Shown here: positions 8,291 through 17,662 of the stretch, piece after piece
How the letters are laid out: each line of letters begins with the position of its first letter
Position numbering within the stretch: position 1 is the stretch's first letter
Assembly: GCA_023261695.1 (NCBI GenBank)
Contig: JAHFON010000004.1
Location: 1 to 55,804, forward strand
Direction of reading: 5' to 3'
DNA length: 55,804 nucleotides
Origin: Candidatus Moraniibacteriota bacterium
GTDB lineage: Bacteria; Patescibacteriota; Minisyncoccia; Moranbacterales; UBA1568
Program-made: the position numbers and the translations under genes
Notes under the pieces: model-generated
Told to the model about the DNA's origin: nothing
What the model saw: only the letters and a program-made list of their open reading frames with translations
Databases searched by the model: none

Positions 8291-8737
8291 ATGCCAGTCA
8301 TAGCGGTAAACAAACGAGCCGGTTTTGATTATACCCTCGGGGAACATTACGAGGCCGGTTTGGTATTGACCGGCGCGGAAGTAAAATCCGTGAAAACCGG
8401 CCACGCCAGTCTCAAAGGCAGTTTCGTCACCGTCAAAGGAAACGAGCTCTATCTGACTAACTCTCTCATACCGCGCTACGCGCACAGCCACCGCGACACC
8501 AAGCATGACGACTCCCGCCCCCGTAAACTTTTACTTCGCAAACGAGAAATCCGCTCTTTAATCGGAAAAGCCCGCGTGGAAGGCTTGACATTGGTGCCTC
8601 TTTGCTTGTACACTAAGAAGCAACTTGTCAAGCTGGAATTTGCCGTAGGCAAAGGCAAGAAGGCTTACGATAAACGTTCCGCCATCAGTCAACGAGAAAC
8701 GAAAAGAAGGATAGAAAGGGCCCTGCGGGCGCATTAG
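8291..8737 (+). CDS. smpB: SsrA-binding protein SmpB
   Basis: The 148-aa ORF reads NKRAGFDYTLGEHYEAGLVLTGAEVKSVK...RPRKLLLRKREI...GLTLVPLCLY...KLEFAVGKGKKAYDKR, the canonical SmpB pattern. It sits immediately upstream of the tmRNA. Confidence 0.95.
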   Translation: MPVIAVNKRAGFDYTLGEHYEAGLVLTGAEVKSVKTGHASLKGSFVTVKGNELYLTNSLIPRYAHSHRDTKHDDSRPRKLLLRKREIRSLIGKARVEGLTLVPLCLYTKKQLVKLEFAVGKGKKAYDKRSAISQRETKRRIERALRAH

Positions 8738-8801
8738 ACAATTACGCACTCCGTGTTTGCAAGAGAGGGCTCACCCCACGCTCTTGCGAAGCAAGTAGTG
8801 C

Positions 8802-9204
8802 GGGGTTGTTTAGTTTCGACAGGATGTACTTTCAAAATACGCAAGCCGACCTCGGTGGTATGGTCGCTAATCTCGCCATCACGATGATAAATGCAAATTT
8901 CATCACCAAAGCAAAGAACGCATTCGCGCAAGCGTTTGCCCCGTCTTTCGCTCCTGCTCTCGCCTAATTTACTTTAGCGAGTAGCCATCAGACTTCTGAT
9001 TCCCGGTAAGAAATCTCTGGTGCCATAATATCGGGACGACCGAAGAATTTATTTTTCTTTCTTCTTCCCAGTCGTATGCGAAAGGAAAAATTGCCAGAGC
9101 ATTTTGTTTGCTTTTTACCTCAGGCATTTACATAAAGCGGACTAGGCTTGTAGAATATTTTGAAAAAACATTTTTGGACATGGGTGCGATTCCCATCAAC
9201 TCCA
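8802..9204 (+). ncRNA. ssrA: tmRNA (SsrA)
   Basis: The 5' end is GGGGUUGUUUAGUUUCGACAGGAU. The 3' end is GGACAUGGGUGCGAUUCCCAUCAACUCCA, a T-arm plus acceptor strand. The acceptor stem GGGGUUG/CAACUCC includes the G3-U alanine identity pair. The tag ORF GCA...TAA (8893-8967) encodes ANFITKAKNAFAQAFAPSFAPALA. The 3' CCA is not encoded; the genome reads A-CAA after the stem. Confidence 0.92.
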
Positions 9205-9236
9205 CAAATTTTTTAGTTCGCAATCACAATTAAAAA

Positions 9237-9785
9237 ATGAGACGAAGACGTCACAACAGACCGAAACCCAAAGCGCAAGTTAAAATACGTTCGCGAGTCA
9301 ACGAACAAATCACCGCGCCCAATGTGGTAGTCATTGATGTCAATGGCGAAAACCGCGGAGCGATGGACATTGCGGCGGCTTTGGCGCTGGCCAAAGAACA
9401 AGAAGCCGATCTGATTGAAGTTTCTCCCCTGGCCGTGCCTCCGGTGTGCAAGATCACCGACTTCGGCAAACTCCAGTATCGCCAGGCCAAACAAGAAAGA
9501 CAGGCCAAGACCAAACAAAAACAGGTTGAAACCAAGGGTATTCGCATCGGTTTTCGCACCGACACTCACGATCTCTTGTTCAAAAAAACGCAGGCGGAAA
9601 AATTTCTTTCCAAGGGCAACAAAGTGCGCGTGGAAATAGTCCTGCGCGGACGCGAAAAAGCTATGTACAATAAAGCCAAAGAGAACCTCCAACAATTCTT
9701 GAAAAATATCAGCATCCCCCATCGCTTTGAAGAAGAAGTCAAGCGCGGCCCCATGGGATTTACCGCTCTCATCATTTCAGAATAG
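9237..9785 (+). CDS. infC: Translation initiation factor IF-3
   Basis: RVNEQITAPNVVVIDVNGENRGAMDIAAALALAKEQEADLIEVSP...PVCKITDFGKLQYRQ matches the IF-3 N- and C-domain pattern. The conserved infC-rpmI-rplT gene order is present. Confidence 0.93.
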   Translation: MRRRRHNRPKPKAQVKIRSRVNEQITAPNVVVIDVNGENRGAMDIAAALALAKEQEADLIEVSPLAVPPVCKITDFGKLQYRQAKQERQAKTKQKQVETKGIRIGFRTDTHDLLFKKTQAEKFLSKGNKVRVEIVLRGREKAMYNKAKENLQQFLKNISIPHRFEEEVKRGPMGFTALIISE

Positions 9786-9813
9786 TGAATTTTAATAAAT
9801 TTAAGAAAACGGT

Positions 9814-10011
9814 ATGCCAAAACTCAAAACCAGAAAATCACTTGTCAAAAAAATCCGGGTTACCGGCAGCGGAAAATTAAAAACTCGCGCCACGGGACAG
9901 AATCATTATAATTCGCGTGATCGCGGCAGTCAGACTCGCGCAAAACGTATGAACCACGATGTTTACCCGGCGGTCGCCAAAAGCATCAAAAGAGCTATGC
10001 CGAGTACTTAA
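9814..10011 (+). CDS. rpmI: 50S ribosomal protein L35
   Basis: MPKLKTRKSLVKKIRVTGSGKLKTRATGQNH is the canonical L35 N-terminus. The ORF is 65 aa. Confidence 0.93.
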   Translation: MPKLKTRKSLVKKIRVTGSGKLKTRATGQNHYNSRDRGSQTRAKRMNHDVYPAVAKSIKRAMPST

Positions 10012-10081
10012 AATAAAATCGGGTATCCGAATTTTTCTCTACATTCCTCCAATAATTTAATTCCTAATCCAGCTTTCTTTT

Positions 10082-10426
10082 ATGACCAGAATCAAACGCG
10101 GCACGATGACCAAAAAACGCCATAAGAACGTTCTTCAAGACGCCAAAGGCTATCGTTGGGGACGCAAAAACCTTTTTAGAAAAGCTAAAGAGGCCCTGAT
10201 CAAGGCCGGTAAGTACGCTTACCGCGACCGACGCGCCAAAAAGCGCGATTTCCGCAGACTTTGGATCACGCGCCTCAATACTGCTTTGCGTCTGCATCAA
10301 ATGACGTACCGCGAATTTATCGCGCTAGAAAAATCAAAAAATGTTGCTCTGGATCGCAAGGTGCTCTCACAGCTGGCGACAGAAAACCCGGATGTCTTTG
10401 CCAAATTCATAGAGTCCGTAAGATAG
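10082..10426 (+). CDS. rplT: 50S ribosomal protein L20
   Basis: MTRIKRGTMTKKRHKNVLQDAKGYRWGRKNLFRKAKEALIKAGKYAYRDRRAKKRDFRRLWITRLN is the canonical L20 sequence. Confidence 0.95.
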   Translation: MTRIKRGTMTKKRHKNVLQDAKGYRWGRKNLFRKAKEALIKAGKYAYRDRRAKKRDFRRLWITRLNTALRLHQMTYREFIALEKSKNVALDRKVLSQLATENPDVFAKFIESVR

Positions 10427-10476
10427 ATTGCGTGAATGTCGTAATAGTACACCTGCCTTTTTCAACTTCAACCAAT

Positions 10477-10509
10477 AAAAACTCCCGGTCATATTTTCCG
10501 GGAGTTTTT
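10477..10509. terminator. Bidirectional intrinsic terminator between rplT (+) and the VanZ-like gene (-)
   Basis: AAAAACTCCCGG-tcatatttt-CCGGGAGTTTTT is a perfect GC-rich stem flanked by an A-tract and a T-tract. Confidence 0.8.
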
Positions 10510-10914
10510 GTGATGAATATACGACATCAGAAAAATGAACGCCCCTGCCAGCAAAATGCCCGAGCCATCTATCAGTACATCGCTTACTTTAGCTCCGCGA
10601 TAAGGCACGAAAAGCTGGTGTAATTCGTCAGAAACTCCATAAAGCAGGGAAAAGACGCCAGCGCCAAGTAAAATATTTTTGAAACTTTTCAAAGGGAAAA
10701 TCACCCGGACAAAACGCACTGCAAGAAACATCAGTACAGCGTATTCCAGCACATGCGCCCCCTTGCGTTCCATATAATAGATCAGTGTCGGTTCAAATTG
10801 ATTTTCACTGCCGGGCAACGAAGAAAAAAAGAAAATTACCGTCATCCAAAACAAAAGCCCCAGGCCGCGCACCACAATCAGAGATGGCCGAAAGATTATC
10901 TTCATAAACTTCAT
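10489..10914 (-). CDS. VanZ-like family membrane protein
   Basis: The 141-aa ORF has four hydrophobic spans, with KGAHVLEYAVLMFL and SDELHQLFVPYRGAKVSDVLIDGSGILLG matching VanZ-like motifs. Confidence 0.7.
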   Translation of the reverse strand: MKFMKIIFRPSLIVVRGLGLLFWMTVIFFFSSLPGSENQFEPTLIYYMERKGAHVLEYAVLMFLAVRFVRVIFPLKSFKNILLGAGVFSLLYGVSDELHQLFVPYRGAKVSDVLIDGSGILLAGAFIFLMSYIHHKNSRKI

Positions 10915-11023
10915 TTCTTGTTCGTCCGTTCTCCGAGCGCTTTGATCAGTTCAAAAAAAGCGTAAAATGGCAACCAGAGCCACAGCGTTTTTTTCACAAA
11001 ATTATCAATACTTTGGTTCAAAT

Positions 11024-11749
11024 TCATATTTGAGGTTCGCGAAAGCAATTCTCCGCAATTTCATAAATAACGTCCTTTTTTTCCACGACCACCATCCATT
11101 TTTCTTTTTGGGCGACGGATTTGAGATTCTGGTTAGGATTGAAGGCAATTGGGTGTTCCACCAGCTTCAGAAAGCTGATGTCTGATTCTGTATCTCCCAC
11201 GCCGTATGAATCCGTGAAAGTCAGTTGGTGTTCGCGCATATATTTTTCTACCACGGAGCCTTTGTTTCTGGAGGGTTCAAATTGCGCTATACCAGTATAA
11301 CGGTTTTCACCATCCAGCGCATACACGCTTCCACATACATAATCAAAATTTAGATAACGCGAATTGTATTCTTCCACCACTTCCATAGGCGAACCGGAAA
11401 CCGCGATCAGGTGATAACCTTCAGCGCGAAATTTTTTAATAAGTTTTTCCGCAAAAATATAAGTGCGTTTGGCGTGAAACGGCACCACTATACGACTGGC
11501 TTCCAGCACATCCGCCTGCGTACACCCCTTGATATGCTTTGCATAAAGTTCCACCAGCGCTTTACGATAATCTTCATACGTCCCCTCATGCTCCAACCAA
11601 TTCGTATAAATTTCCGTCAGGGTATTGCGCACTTCCGTAGGAAAAATTTTCATCCAGGCCAATTCGTTGATCAGCTCAAAATGAAGATTCTTCCTGAAAA
11701 TTGTGCCATCAATATCAAACACGGCTATCTTATTCTTTTGTGTATGCAT
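11024..11749 (-). CDS. HAD-superfamily hydrolase (subfamily IB, phosphoserine-phosphatase-like)
   Basis: HAD motif I is present as IAVFDIDGTIF. It also has VSGSP (motif II-like) and GVGDTESD (motif IV). Confidence 0.8.
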   Translation of the reverse strand: MHTQKNKIAVFDIDGTIFRKNLHFELINELAWMKIFPTEVRNTLTEIYTNWLEHEGTYEDYRKALVELYAKHIKGCTQADVLEASRIVVPFHAKRTYIFAEKLIKKFRAEGYHLIAVSGSPMEVVEEYNSRYLNFDYVCGSVYALDGENRYTGIAQFEPSRNKGSVVEKYMREHQLTFTDSYGVGDTESDISFLKLVEHPIAFNPNQNLKSVAQKEKWMVVVEKKDVIYEIAENCFREPQI

Positions 11750-11802
11750 AACTCTTTCTTTAATCTATCTCCATTGTACTCGCTCTTTGACAAAGGGCAA
11801 AT

Positions 11803-12288
11803 CTAGTGAATTTTCCCAGCAATTTCAAAAGAAGCAATACCAAAAGCGACCGCGACGTTGAGCGAATTCTTCTTTCCACGCATAGGGATTTCAATCACTG
11901 AGTCGCACTGTTTGAGTATTTTTTTGTCCAAACCCAATACTTCATTACCGACCAGTAGGGCTACTTTGAGTTTCGGTTTGTAAATCCTGTAATCCAAACT
12001 TTTCTTAGATTGTTCCAACGCTACAATCCCAAAACCCTCTCGCTTAAGTTGATTCAAAAGCGGCTTAAGCCGGGCTCGCTTTTCCCATACAACATTCTTC
12101 TCCGCCCCCAGTGCAGTTTTGGCCAAAGTTTTGTGCGCTGGCGTGAGATACACATCTTGCGCTATATAGGGTGTTTGCGTATAACCGGTTAAAAAAATTT
12201 TCTCCGCCCCTGCGCCGTCCGCCGTTCGAAACATTGCCCCTACGTTATAAGCGCTGCGGATATTGTGAAAGATGACGATAAAAGACAT
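11803..12288 (-). CDS. SpoU/TrmH-family RNA 2'-O-methyltransferase
   Basis: SPOUT motifs are present: NIRSAYNVGAMFRTADGAG, LLVGNEVLGL and IEIPMRGKKNSLNVAVAFGIASFEI. The ORF is 161 aa. Confidence 0.85.
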   Translation of the reverse strand: MSFIVIFHNIRSAYNVGAMFRTADGAGAEKIFLTGYTQTPYIAQDVYLTPAHKTLAKTALGAEKNVVWEKRARLKPLLNQLKREGFGIVALEQSKKSLDYRIYKPKLKVALLVGNEVLGLDKKILKQCDSVIEIPMRGKKNSLNVAVAFGIASFEIAGKIH

Positions 12289-12306
12289 ACTCTCATACTC
12301 ACTTAA

Positions 12307-13332
12307 TCATTTAGAGGTTTCGCCGCTCAATGATGTATCGGGTTTGCTAAAAATCTCTCTCCCCGTCTCCCACATCGCCGGATAATATTTTTTTGTCTTC
12401 AGCCAATACCACCATTCTCCGCCCCAAAGATAAGCCTCGGAAAAACCGACGCGTTTAACGTAGTCCACATTTTCTTTCAATTTTGTTTCATCCATCGTGC
12501 GAAATTGTTCCGCAAGCGGCACATCCGCTATCTGCATGGAAACCCACGGCTCGGCTTGCAATTCTATTACAATAAAGTGCTCCTGACCCGTAATCAATCG
12601 CGTCAGCCACTCTTTGGCTTTGAAAAAATTCGGTCCGACCGGATAAGTGAAATACCCAATGCCGCTTTTGTAAATATGCCGATACAGCGTGGTGCCGAAA
12701 ATATCACCACGCGCCGCCGCCTGAAACCACAGTGACAATTCTCCGCTATCCGTGAGCAATATCGGGCGCGTCACATCCAAGCTTTTGACCAACGCTATTT
12801 CCTGATCCAAAAAATTTTTATCAAACGCCGGACAGACACCAAAAAAAGTCAGGAATGGCTCATTTTCGACTTGCCACACTGACACGGTGGAATTATCTTT
12901 ATACCTTTCTACAGTTTTGTCTATAAAATTAAGCAAAGCCAATTTTCTCTTGTCTTCACTCTCATTGGCCCAAGCGGGAATGTGACATTCCGGCCAGCGC
13001 GGTACCCTTTGCCCGACGACCAAAATAATTTGTACACCGCGTTTTTTGGCTTCCGCAAGTTGCCAATCCATGGCGTCAAAGTCGTATTGTCCGGGGACTT
13101 TTTCTACCAGATCCCAATAGACAGGTAGACGCAATTTTTTCACTCCCATATCATCCAGCAAGGCGATGTACGTCTCTCGCCAATCCAGCCCGAGTTCTTC
13201 AGCATAGCGCGCCGAAAACGTCATACCAAACTTCACGTCTTCACGCACAATGGGGCTGGGCAGATTGAAATATCCGAAGACCAATAAAATTACTATTGTG
13301 ATCGCGAGCAGAATCAATCCAAAAAATTTCAT
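12307..13332 (-). CDS. Membrane-anchored glycoside hydrolase-like TIM-barrel protein (clan GH-A-like)
   Basis: It has an N-terminal transmembrane helix (FGLILLAITIVILLVF). WQVENEPF is a typical clan GH-A acid/base NEP motif, and a later ELQAEPW is a candidate nucleophile strand. The GH family was not assigned. Confidence 0.6.
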   Translation of the reverse strand: MKFFGLILLAITIVILLVFGYFNLPSPIVREDVKFGMTFSARYAEELGLDWRETYIALLDDMGVKKLRLPVYWDLVEKVPGQYDFDAMDWQLAEAKKRGVQIILVVGQRVPRWPECHIPAWANESEDKRKLALLNFIDKTVERYKDNSTVSVWQVENEPFLTFFGVCPAFDKNFLDQEIALVKSLDVTRPILLTDSGELSLWFQAAARGDIFGTTLYRHIYKSGIGYFTYPVGPNFFKAKEWLTRLITGQEHFIVIELQAEPWVSMQIADVPLAEQFRTMDETKLKENVDYVKRVGFSEAYLWGGEWWYWLKTKKYYPAMWETGREIFSKPDTSLSGETSK

Positions 13333-14273
13333 ATGAGAAGCAGTTTAATTCCACTCGTGGCAAAAATCCATAATCCCAGACTGATAAACGCGATGGCAGA
13401 TGCCCTCTGAAACCAATCCCAGAAAAACAATCTCTCGCCGAACACTTTCGGATAACGCAAAGAAAGTGGAAAAACTAAGGCCAGTAGAAATACATATTGT
13501 ATTCCGGAAAGCGCCTGCACAAAAGAAATCGGTCCCAGAAATGTCGCGTAAGTGATGAGAAAACCCGCCGCTCCTCCGCAAATTTTATTGATAACAAAAA
13601 CCCACCCCGTGTGCCGCAAAGGTTTTGAAGCCATTGAAAATTGCTTGAGGGCCTCCAGAATTTGTGCGCGAAATACCGGCACCGTAAACAGACTCAACCC
13701 CGCCGCAAACATACCGATTCGCGACCATACGAAACCGCTTATGAAATTGGAATTCGCGCGTGCGTATCCGTACTTCAGTAGCAAAAGAGACACGCCTATG
13801 GTAATGCCGGCCGCGATAACTTTGACTGAAACATTCTCACCGCGCTTGAGAGGCAAATCAAAAGAAATGAGAAATCCGCCGCTTATGAGAAGCAATAATG
13901 CCAAAATATGCATCAGTGTGAAACTCTCTTCCGCAAAAGCGCCCGGTAAAAAAACGGCCGACAAGGCCGTCACAGAAACTACAGTTCCCAGCAAGGGCGA
14001 AGCACGGGAAATTTCCCAGCGTTGAACAGAAAAATAAAAAACCAAAAGACCGTACAAAAACAACATTCCCGATAACAAAAAAAGTCCCGTGGTTTGCCAG
14101 CCGAAAAACCGAAAACCGAAAGGCATAAACAGCAAGGCGAAAAGACTGAAAAGAGAAACAAAAAAAGCGTAGACTGCCGGCGCTTTGATATGACCCGCCA
14201 AAAGATATTTATCAATAAGCGCCGTCACGGCGTTAAAAAAATATCCAGTCAAAGTCACTGCCATCCAGAGCAT
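13329..14273 (-). CDS. Polytopic membrane protein (about 10 TM, DMT/EamA-like topology)
   Basis: The 314-aa ORF is almost entirely hydrophobic helices. Its ATGA overlaps the downstream gene. The family call is tentative. Confidence 0.6.
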   Translation of the reverse strand: MLWMAVTLTGYFFNAVTALIDKYLLAGHIKAPAVYAFFVSLFSLFALLFMPFGFRFFGWQTTGLFLLSGMLFLYGLLVFYFSVQRWEISRASPLLGTVVSVTALSAVFLPGAFAEESFTLMHILALLLLISGGFLISFDLPLKRGENVSVKVIAAGITIGVSLLLLKYGYARANSNFISGFVWSRIGMFAAGLSLFTVPVFRAQILEALKQFSMASKPLRHTGWVFVINKICGGAAGFLITYATFLGPISFVQALSGIQYVFLLALVFPLSLRYPKVFGERLFFWDWFQRASAIAFISLGLWIFATSGIKLLLI

Positions 14274-14284
14274 AAAAATCAGTT

Positions 14285-15256
14285 TTATTCATCTGCTAGC
14301 TCCTGAAAATACATATCCACGTCGCTGATCCACTTTTTGACGCTTTCCCGGCTGTGCCCACTGCAACTGAATCCACACTTCCAGATAATCATTTTTTCCG
14401 GAGTGTTGAGTTTCTGCGAATTAATCAGTGTGTCAAGACGCTTAGCCACCGTTGCCACGGCATCCTGGCGACTGTTGAAACAGGTATGTCCGCCCGACCC
14501 CATCATTCGGCGTATACCTCTGTATCCCCAATAATTGAAACAATCCTGCCCATTCAGAACCGGCACGCGCTTGCCCCAATTGCTCTCTTTTTTGGCAATG
14601 CCGATCAGAAAAGCGGTTGTCAAACGATCGTGTTCAAAAATATAAGGAAGCATTTCCTCAATGGGGTAGCCCTTGACTATCTTTTTGATATTGTCTTTGT
14701 ATTCCAGATCGGCGGCTTCATTGAAATACTCAAGAAAAATATCCGATCCGCTGTCATAAGATGGTTGCGCGTTTATATTTTCTTCGGACGGGACCGTGTT
14801 GGTAGTTGTTTGCAAAGTAGCGGTAACTTGTTCAGGATTTTGCAAACTGGCAAAAACCCCTGGCCCAAAAAAATGCTCCATAAACGCCATAGAGATTATG
14901 CCAAAAGCCACACCTCCGATTAAAGAGCCGTACAGCATCTTGTGAGGAGCCAGATTAGGAATACAACGCGCAATAATCCGTTTTGTACGACGATTATATA
15001 ATTCGCATTTGCGCCACAAACGCCACAAAGTGTCCCGCGTCGCTCGTTCTTTAATCTGTGAAAAAAATGCGCGCTTCCCTTTCTGCGCACCGTCTAGCAT
15101 CCGCTTGCCGGAAACCAGAAATCGGCGCGGCAATACCCGCTCCCGCCGATAAGAAGAGGACTCGACACTTCTGCTTGGAGCCGCTATATCCAGCGCCAGC
15201 CCGCGCCTCTGCAAAGCCCGCGCAAATTGATTAGGATGCGAAAGTGATGATTTCAT
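14285..15256 (-). CDS. Membrane-anchored hypothetical protein, possible lysozyme/transglycosylase-like ectodomain
   Basis: It has a basic N-terminal tail, one transmembrane helix (LYGSLIGGVAFGIISMAF), and an ectodomain with IGIAKKESNWG (an SLT-like E-S motif). The functional call is weak. Confidence 0.55.
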   Translation of the reverse strand: MKSSLSHPNQFARALQRRGLALDIAAPSRSVESSSYRRERVLPRRFLVSGKRMLDGAQKGKRAFFSQIKERATRDTLWRLWRKCELYNRRTKRIIARCIPNLAPHKMLYGSLIGGVAFGIISMAFMEHFFGPGVFASLQNPEQVTATLQTTTNTVPSEENINAQPSYDSGSDIFLEYFNEAADLEYKDNIKKIVKGYPIEEMLPYIFEHDRLTTAFLIGIAKKESNWGKRVPVLNGQDCFNYWGYRGIRRMMGSGGHTCFNSRQDAVATVAKRLDTLINSQKLNTPEKMIIWKCGFSCSGHSRESVKKWISDVDMYFQELADE

Positions 15257-15261
15257 GAAAG

Positions 15262-15663
15262 TTATTTTTGTGTTTCAGCAGATTCTAGGCTGATATTGGC
15301 TTTTTCTGCAAAAAATTTCTTGACGTCCGGCTCTCCGATAAAGCATTTGCCTGCGGCATAAACAAATGGTACTCCCATACCTTCCGGCTGGATACCGCAA
15401 ACTTTCGCTCGCCTGCCAAGTTCACCGGCATTGGTTTGATTATTCCAAACTTCCTTTTTTTCAAAAGAAAATTTGTCGGCAATATTGTACTGGGTAAGAA
15501 ACTCGTTTATGACTTTGCAATGCGGACAGCCTTCTCCATAATAATACACGATAGCGTCAGGATTATCCACCGGCGTCTTTTCTTCCTGAAGTCCCCAAAA
15601 AACCAAACCCAACACCGCCGCCAGACCGCAAAAAAGAATAATTATTGTTTTTTTATCTAACAT
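15262..15663 (-). CDS. Membrane-anchored glutaredoxin/thioredoxin-fold protein (CPHC)
   Basis: An N-terminal transmembrane helix is followed by YYYGEGCPHCKVINEF, a CxxC redox motif. The ORF is 133 aa. Confidence 0.75.
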   Translation of the reverse strand: MLDKKTIIILFCGLAAVLGLVFWGLQEEKTPVDNPDAIVYYYGEGCPHCKVINEFLTQYNIADKFSFEKKEVWNNQTNAGELGRRAKVCGIQPEGMGVPFVYAAGKCFIGEPDVKKFFAEKANISLESAETQK

Positions 15664-16556
15664 AAAGTTTCAGCGCTTGATATTATTGTAGCACGATTTT
15701 CACGTTTCAGCCACACAAAAATCCCCCCTGCTAAACAAAACACTACAAAAGCAAATATTTGACTCAAAGTAAAAATACCCCAAAATAATCCCAGTTGCGG
15801 ATCCGGTTCGCGGAAAAATTCTACGCAGAAACGCGCCAGAGAGTAAAAGGCCAGATAGGCGCAAGTCAAGGCGCCCGAAAATGGCAGTTTCTTGCGCAAA
15901 AACAGCAGTAAAATAAAAATAACTGCTCCTTCCAAAAAAGCTTCATACAAAGCGGACGGGTGTCGCAAAGTTCCTAGCGGAGCTACTGCCGGAAACACCA
16001 TTCCCCACCCCCGCTCCGTGATCCTGCCGTACAACTCCAGATTGAAAAAATTTCCCAAACGGCCAAAAAATGTCGTGATAGGCGCTAAAAACACCGCAAA
16101 GTCCGCCACTTCCCAAAAGGCCAGAGTTGTCCGTTGAAAATATTTTCTTTGGGAACGCGTGAACCAATACAGTACCAACGCTACGCCCATCAACCCACCA
16201 TAATAGCTCATTCCAGAAATGCCTACCCAGACTCCGCGTTCAAAATCATAAGGCAATAATATTTTTAATGGAGCCTGCCAAAAAACTTCCCCGTTATAAA
16301 AAAGCGCGTAACCGATATGGCCGCCCAGCAAAGCGCCAAAAAAAATGAAGATGAATAAATCAAAAATACACTCTGTGGAACAAGGGGCATCGCCTCGACG
16401 CGCTAACCAAAGCGCGAACAGGAGGGCTACGAAAAACCCTGCCAAAAAAAACACAGCGTACCAGTAAATTGCAAAAAATCCGAACTGAAAAGCAATCGGA
16501 TCCAGCGTCGCCGGAAGATTCTGCCACCAGCTAATCAGACCGCCCATTGTATTCAT
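15657..16556 (-). CDS. lgt: Prolipoprotein diacylglyceryl transferase
   Basis: IAFQFGFFAIYWYAVFFLAGF, YYGGLMG, FFGRLGNFFNLELYGR and HPSALYEAFLEG are the characteristic Lgt motifs. Confidence 0.9.
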   Translation of the reverse strand: MNTMGGLISWWQNLPATLDPIAFQFGFFAIYWYAVFFLAGFFVALLFALWLARRGDAPCSTECIFDLFIFIFFGALLGGHIGYALFYNGEVFWQAPLKILLPYDFERGVWVGISGMSYYGGLMGVALVLYWFTRSQRKYFQRTTLAFWEVADFAVFLAPITTFFGRLGNFFNLELYGRITERGWGMVFPAVAPLGTLRHPSALYEAFLEGAVIFILLLFLRKKLPFSGALTCAYLAFYSLARFCVEFFREPDPQLGLFWGIFTLSQIFAFVVFCLAGGIFVWLKRENRATIISSAETLC

Positions 16557-17598
16557 TCAATTGATCACGAAATTCAATGTTATAAATTTCGCCCAATGCC
16601 AAAAAGAGAGAGACGATGATCGGTCCCATTACAAATCCAGGTAAACCGAAAAGCGATATCCCGCCCAATGTGGCAAAAAATACCATCAATGGATGCATCT
16701 GCGTGTCTTTGCCTACCAGCTTGGGTTTCAAAGTGTTATCAATCACGGAAATAACACCGATACCTACGACCAAAATGAGAATACCTTGCCAGACATTCCC
16801 CAATAACAGCATAATCACACCTACCGGAATCCAAACAATGGCCGCTCCGATCATAGGAATAATTGAGAAAAACATCATCGCCAACCCCCAGATGGCCGCG
16901 GACGGCACACCGGCAATCCAAAAGGCGATACCACCCAAAAAGCCCTGTATAACTCCCACCACGATAGTACCTTTGAGCGTCGCCCGACTAATGGAAGTGA
17001 ATTTTTGAATGAGCAACTGGTCGTGTTCGTTGCGCAAAGGACTGAGCATCATTAAATATTTCAACAGCCGCTTGCCGTCAATCAGAAAATAAAACAGTGT
17101 AAAAAACATCACAAAAACCCAGAAAGCAAAATGCGTGATTCCTTGATAGACCACCTGAAGCAAACCCAAAGCGTTTTGACTAAACTGTCTGATGTCATCC
17201 AAAATATGCGTCTGATTCAATGTTTGAACATCAAAGAAAACATTAGAGTACGGCAAAGAACGTATCGCCTCAATAACTTGATTGATGATCCGCTCTAGCG
17301 CAGACTCTTCGCCCAGCGTGTGATACAGACTATTCGCTTCCACTATCGCAAAGCTCAATATCAAAAAGACCGGAGTGACAATAATCACTACGGCCAACAA
17401 ACACGTCAAAAGCGCACTCCAAGCTTTGCGGCCGCGCGTCCATTTTTCAAACCTATTATAGGAACCCCTGAAAAGATTGGCTAAGATAGACGCGGCCACG
17501 ATAGCCGTCAGAAACGGTTGAAAAATAAAAAACACCACCGTTCCCACCACCAATAAAATCAAAAAAAAGAAATAGACATTAAACGAGCGCAATTGCAT
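16531..17598 (-). CDS. AI-2E family transporter (PerM/UPF0118)
   Basis: The 355-aa polytopic protein has the family-typical C-terminal block IPMIGAAIVWIPV...DNTLKPKLVG...HPLMVFFATLGG...G. Confidence 0.8.
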   Translation of the reverse strand: MQLRSFNVYFFFLILLVVGTVVFFIFQPFLTAIVAASILANLFRGSYNRFEKWTRGRKAWSALLTCLLAVVIIVTPVFLILSFAIVEANSLYHTLGEESALERIINQVIEAIRSLPYSNVFFDVQTLNQTHILDDIRQFSQNALGLLQVVYQGITHFAFWVFVMFFTLFYFLIDGKRLLKYLMMLSPLRNEHDQLLIQKFTSISRATLKGTIVVGVIQGFLGGIAFWIAGVPSAAIWGLAMMFFSIIPMIGAAIVWIPVGVIMLLLGNVWQGILILVVGIGVISVIDNTLKPKLVGKDTQMHPLMVFFATLGGISLFGLPGFVMGPIIVSLFLALGEIYNIEFRDQLNEYNGRSD

Positions 17599-17662
17599 AG
17601 GTTTTTCTAATGTGCTTTAAGTATAGCACTCGCTCCGATTTTTGCCAGTTTAGGACAAAAGG

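Noticed and set aside
8734-8931. A 65-aa minus-strand ORF and other short ORFs overlapping 8750-9200.
   Set aside because: The region is occupied by a well-supported tmRNA gene, and these ORFs are incidental.
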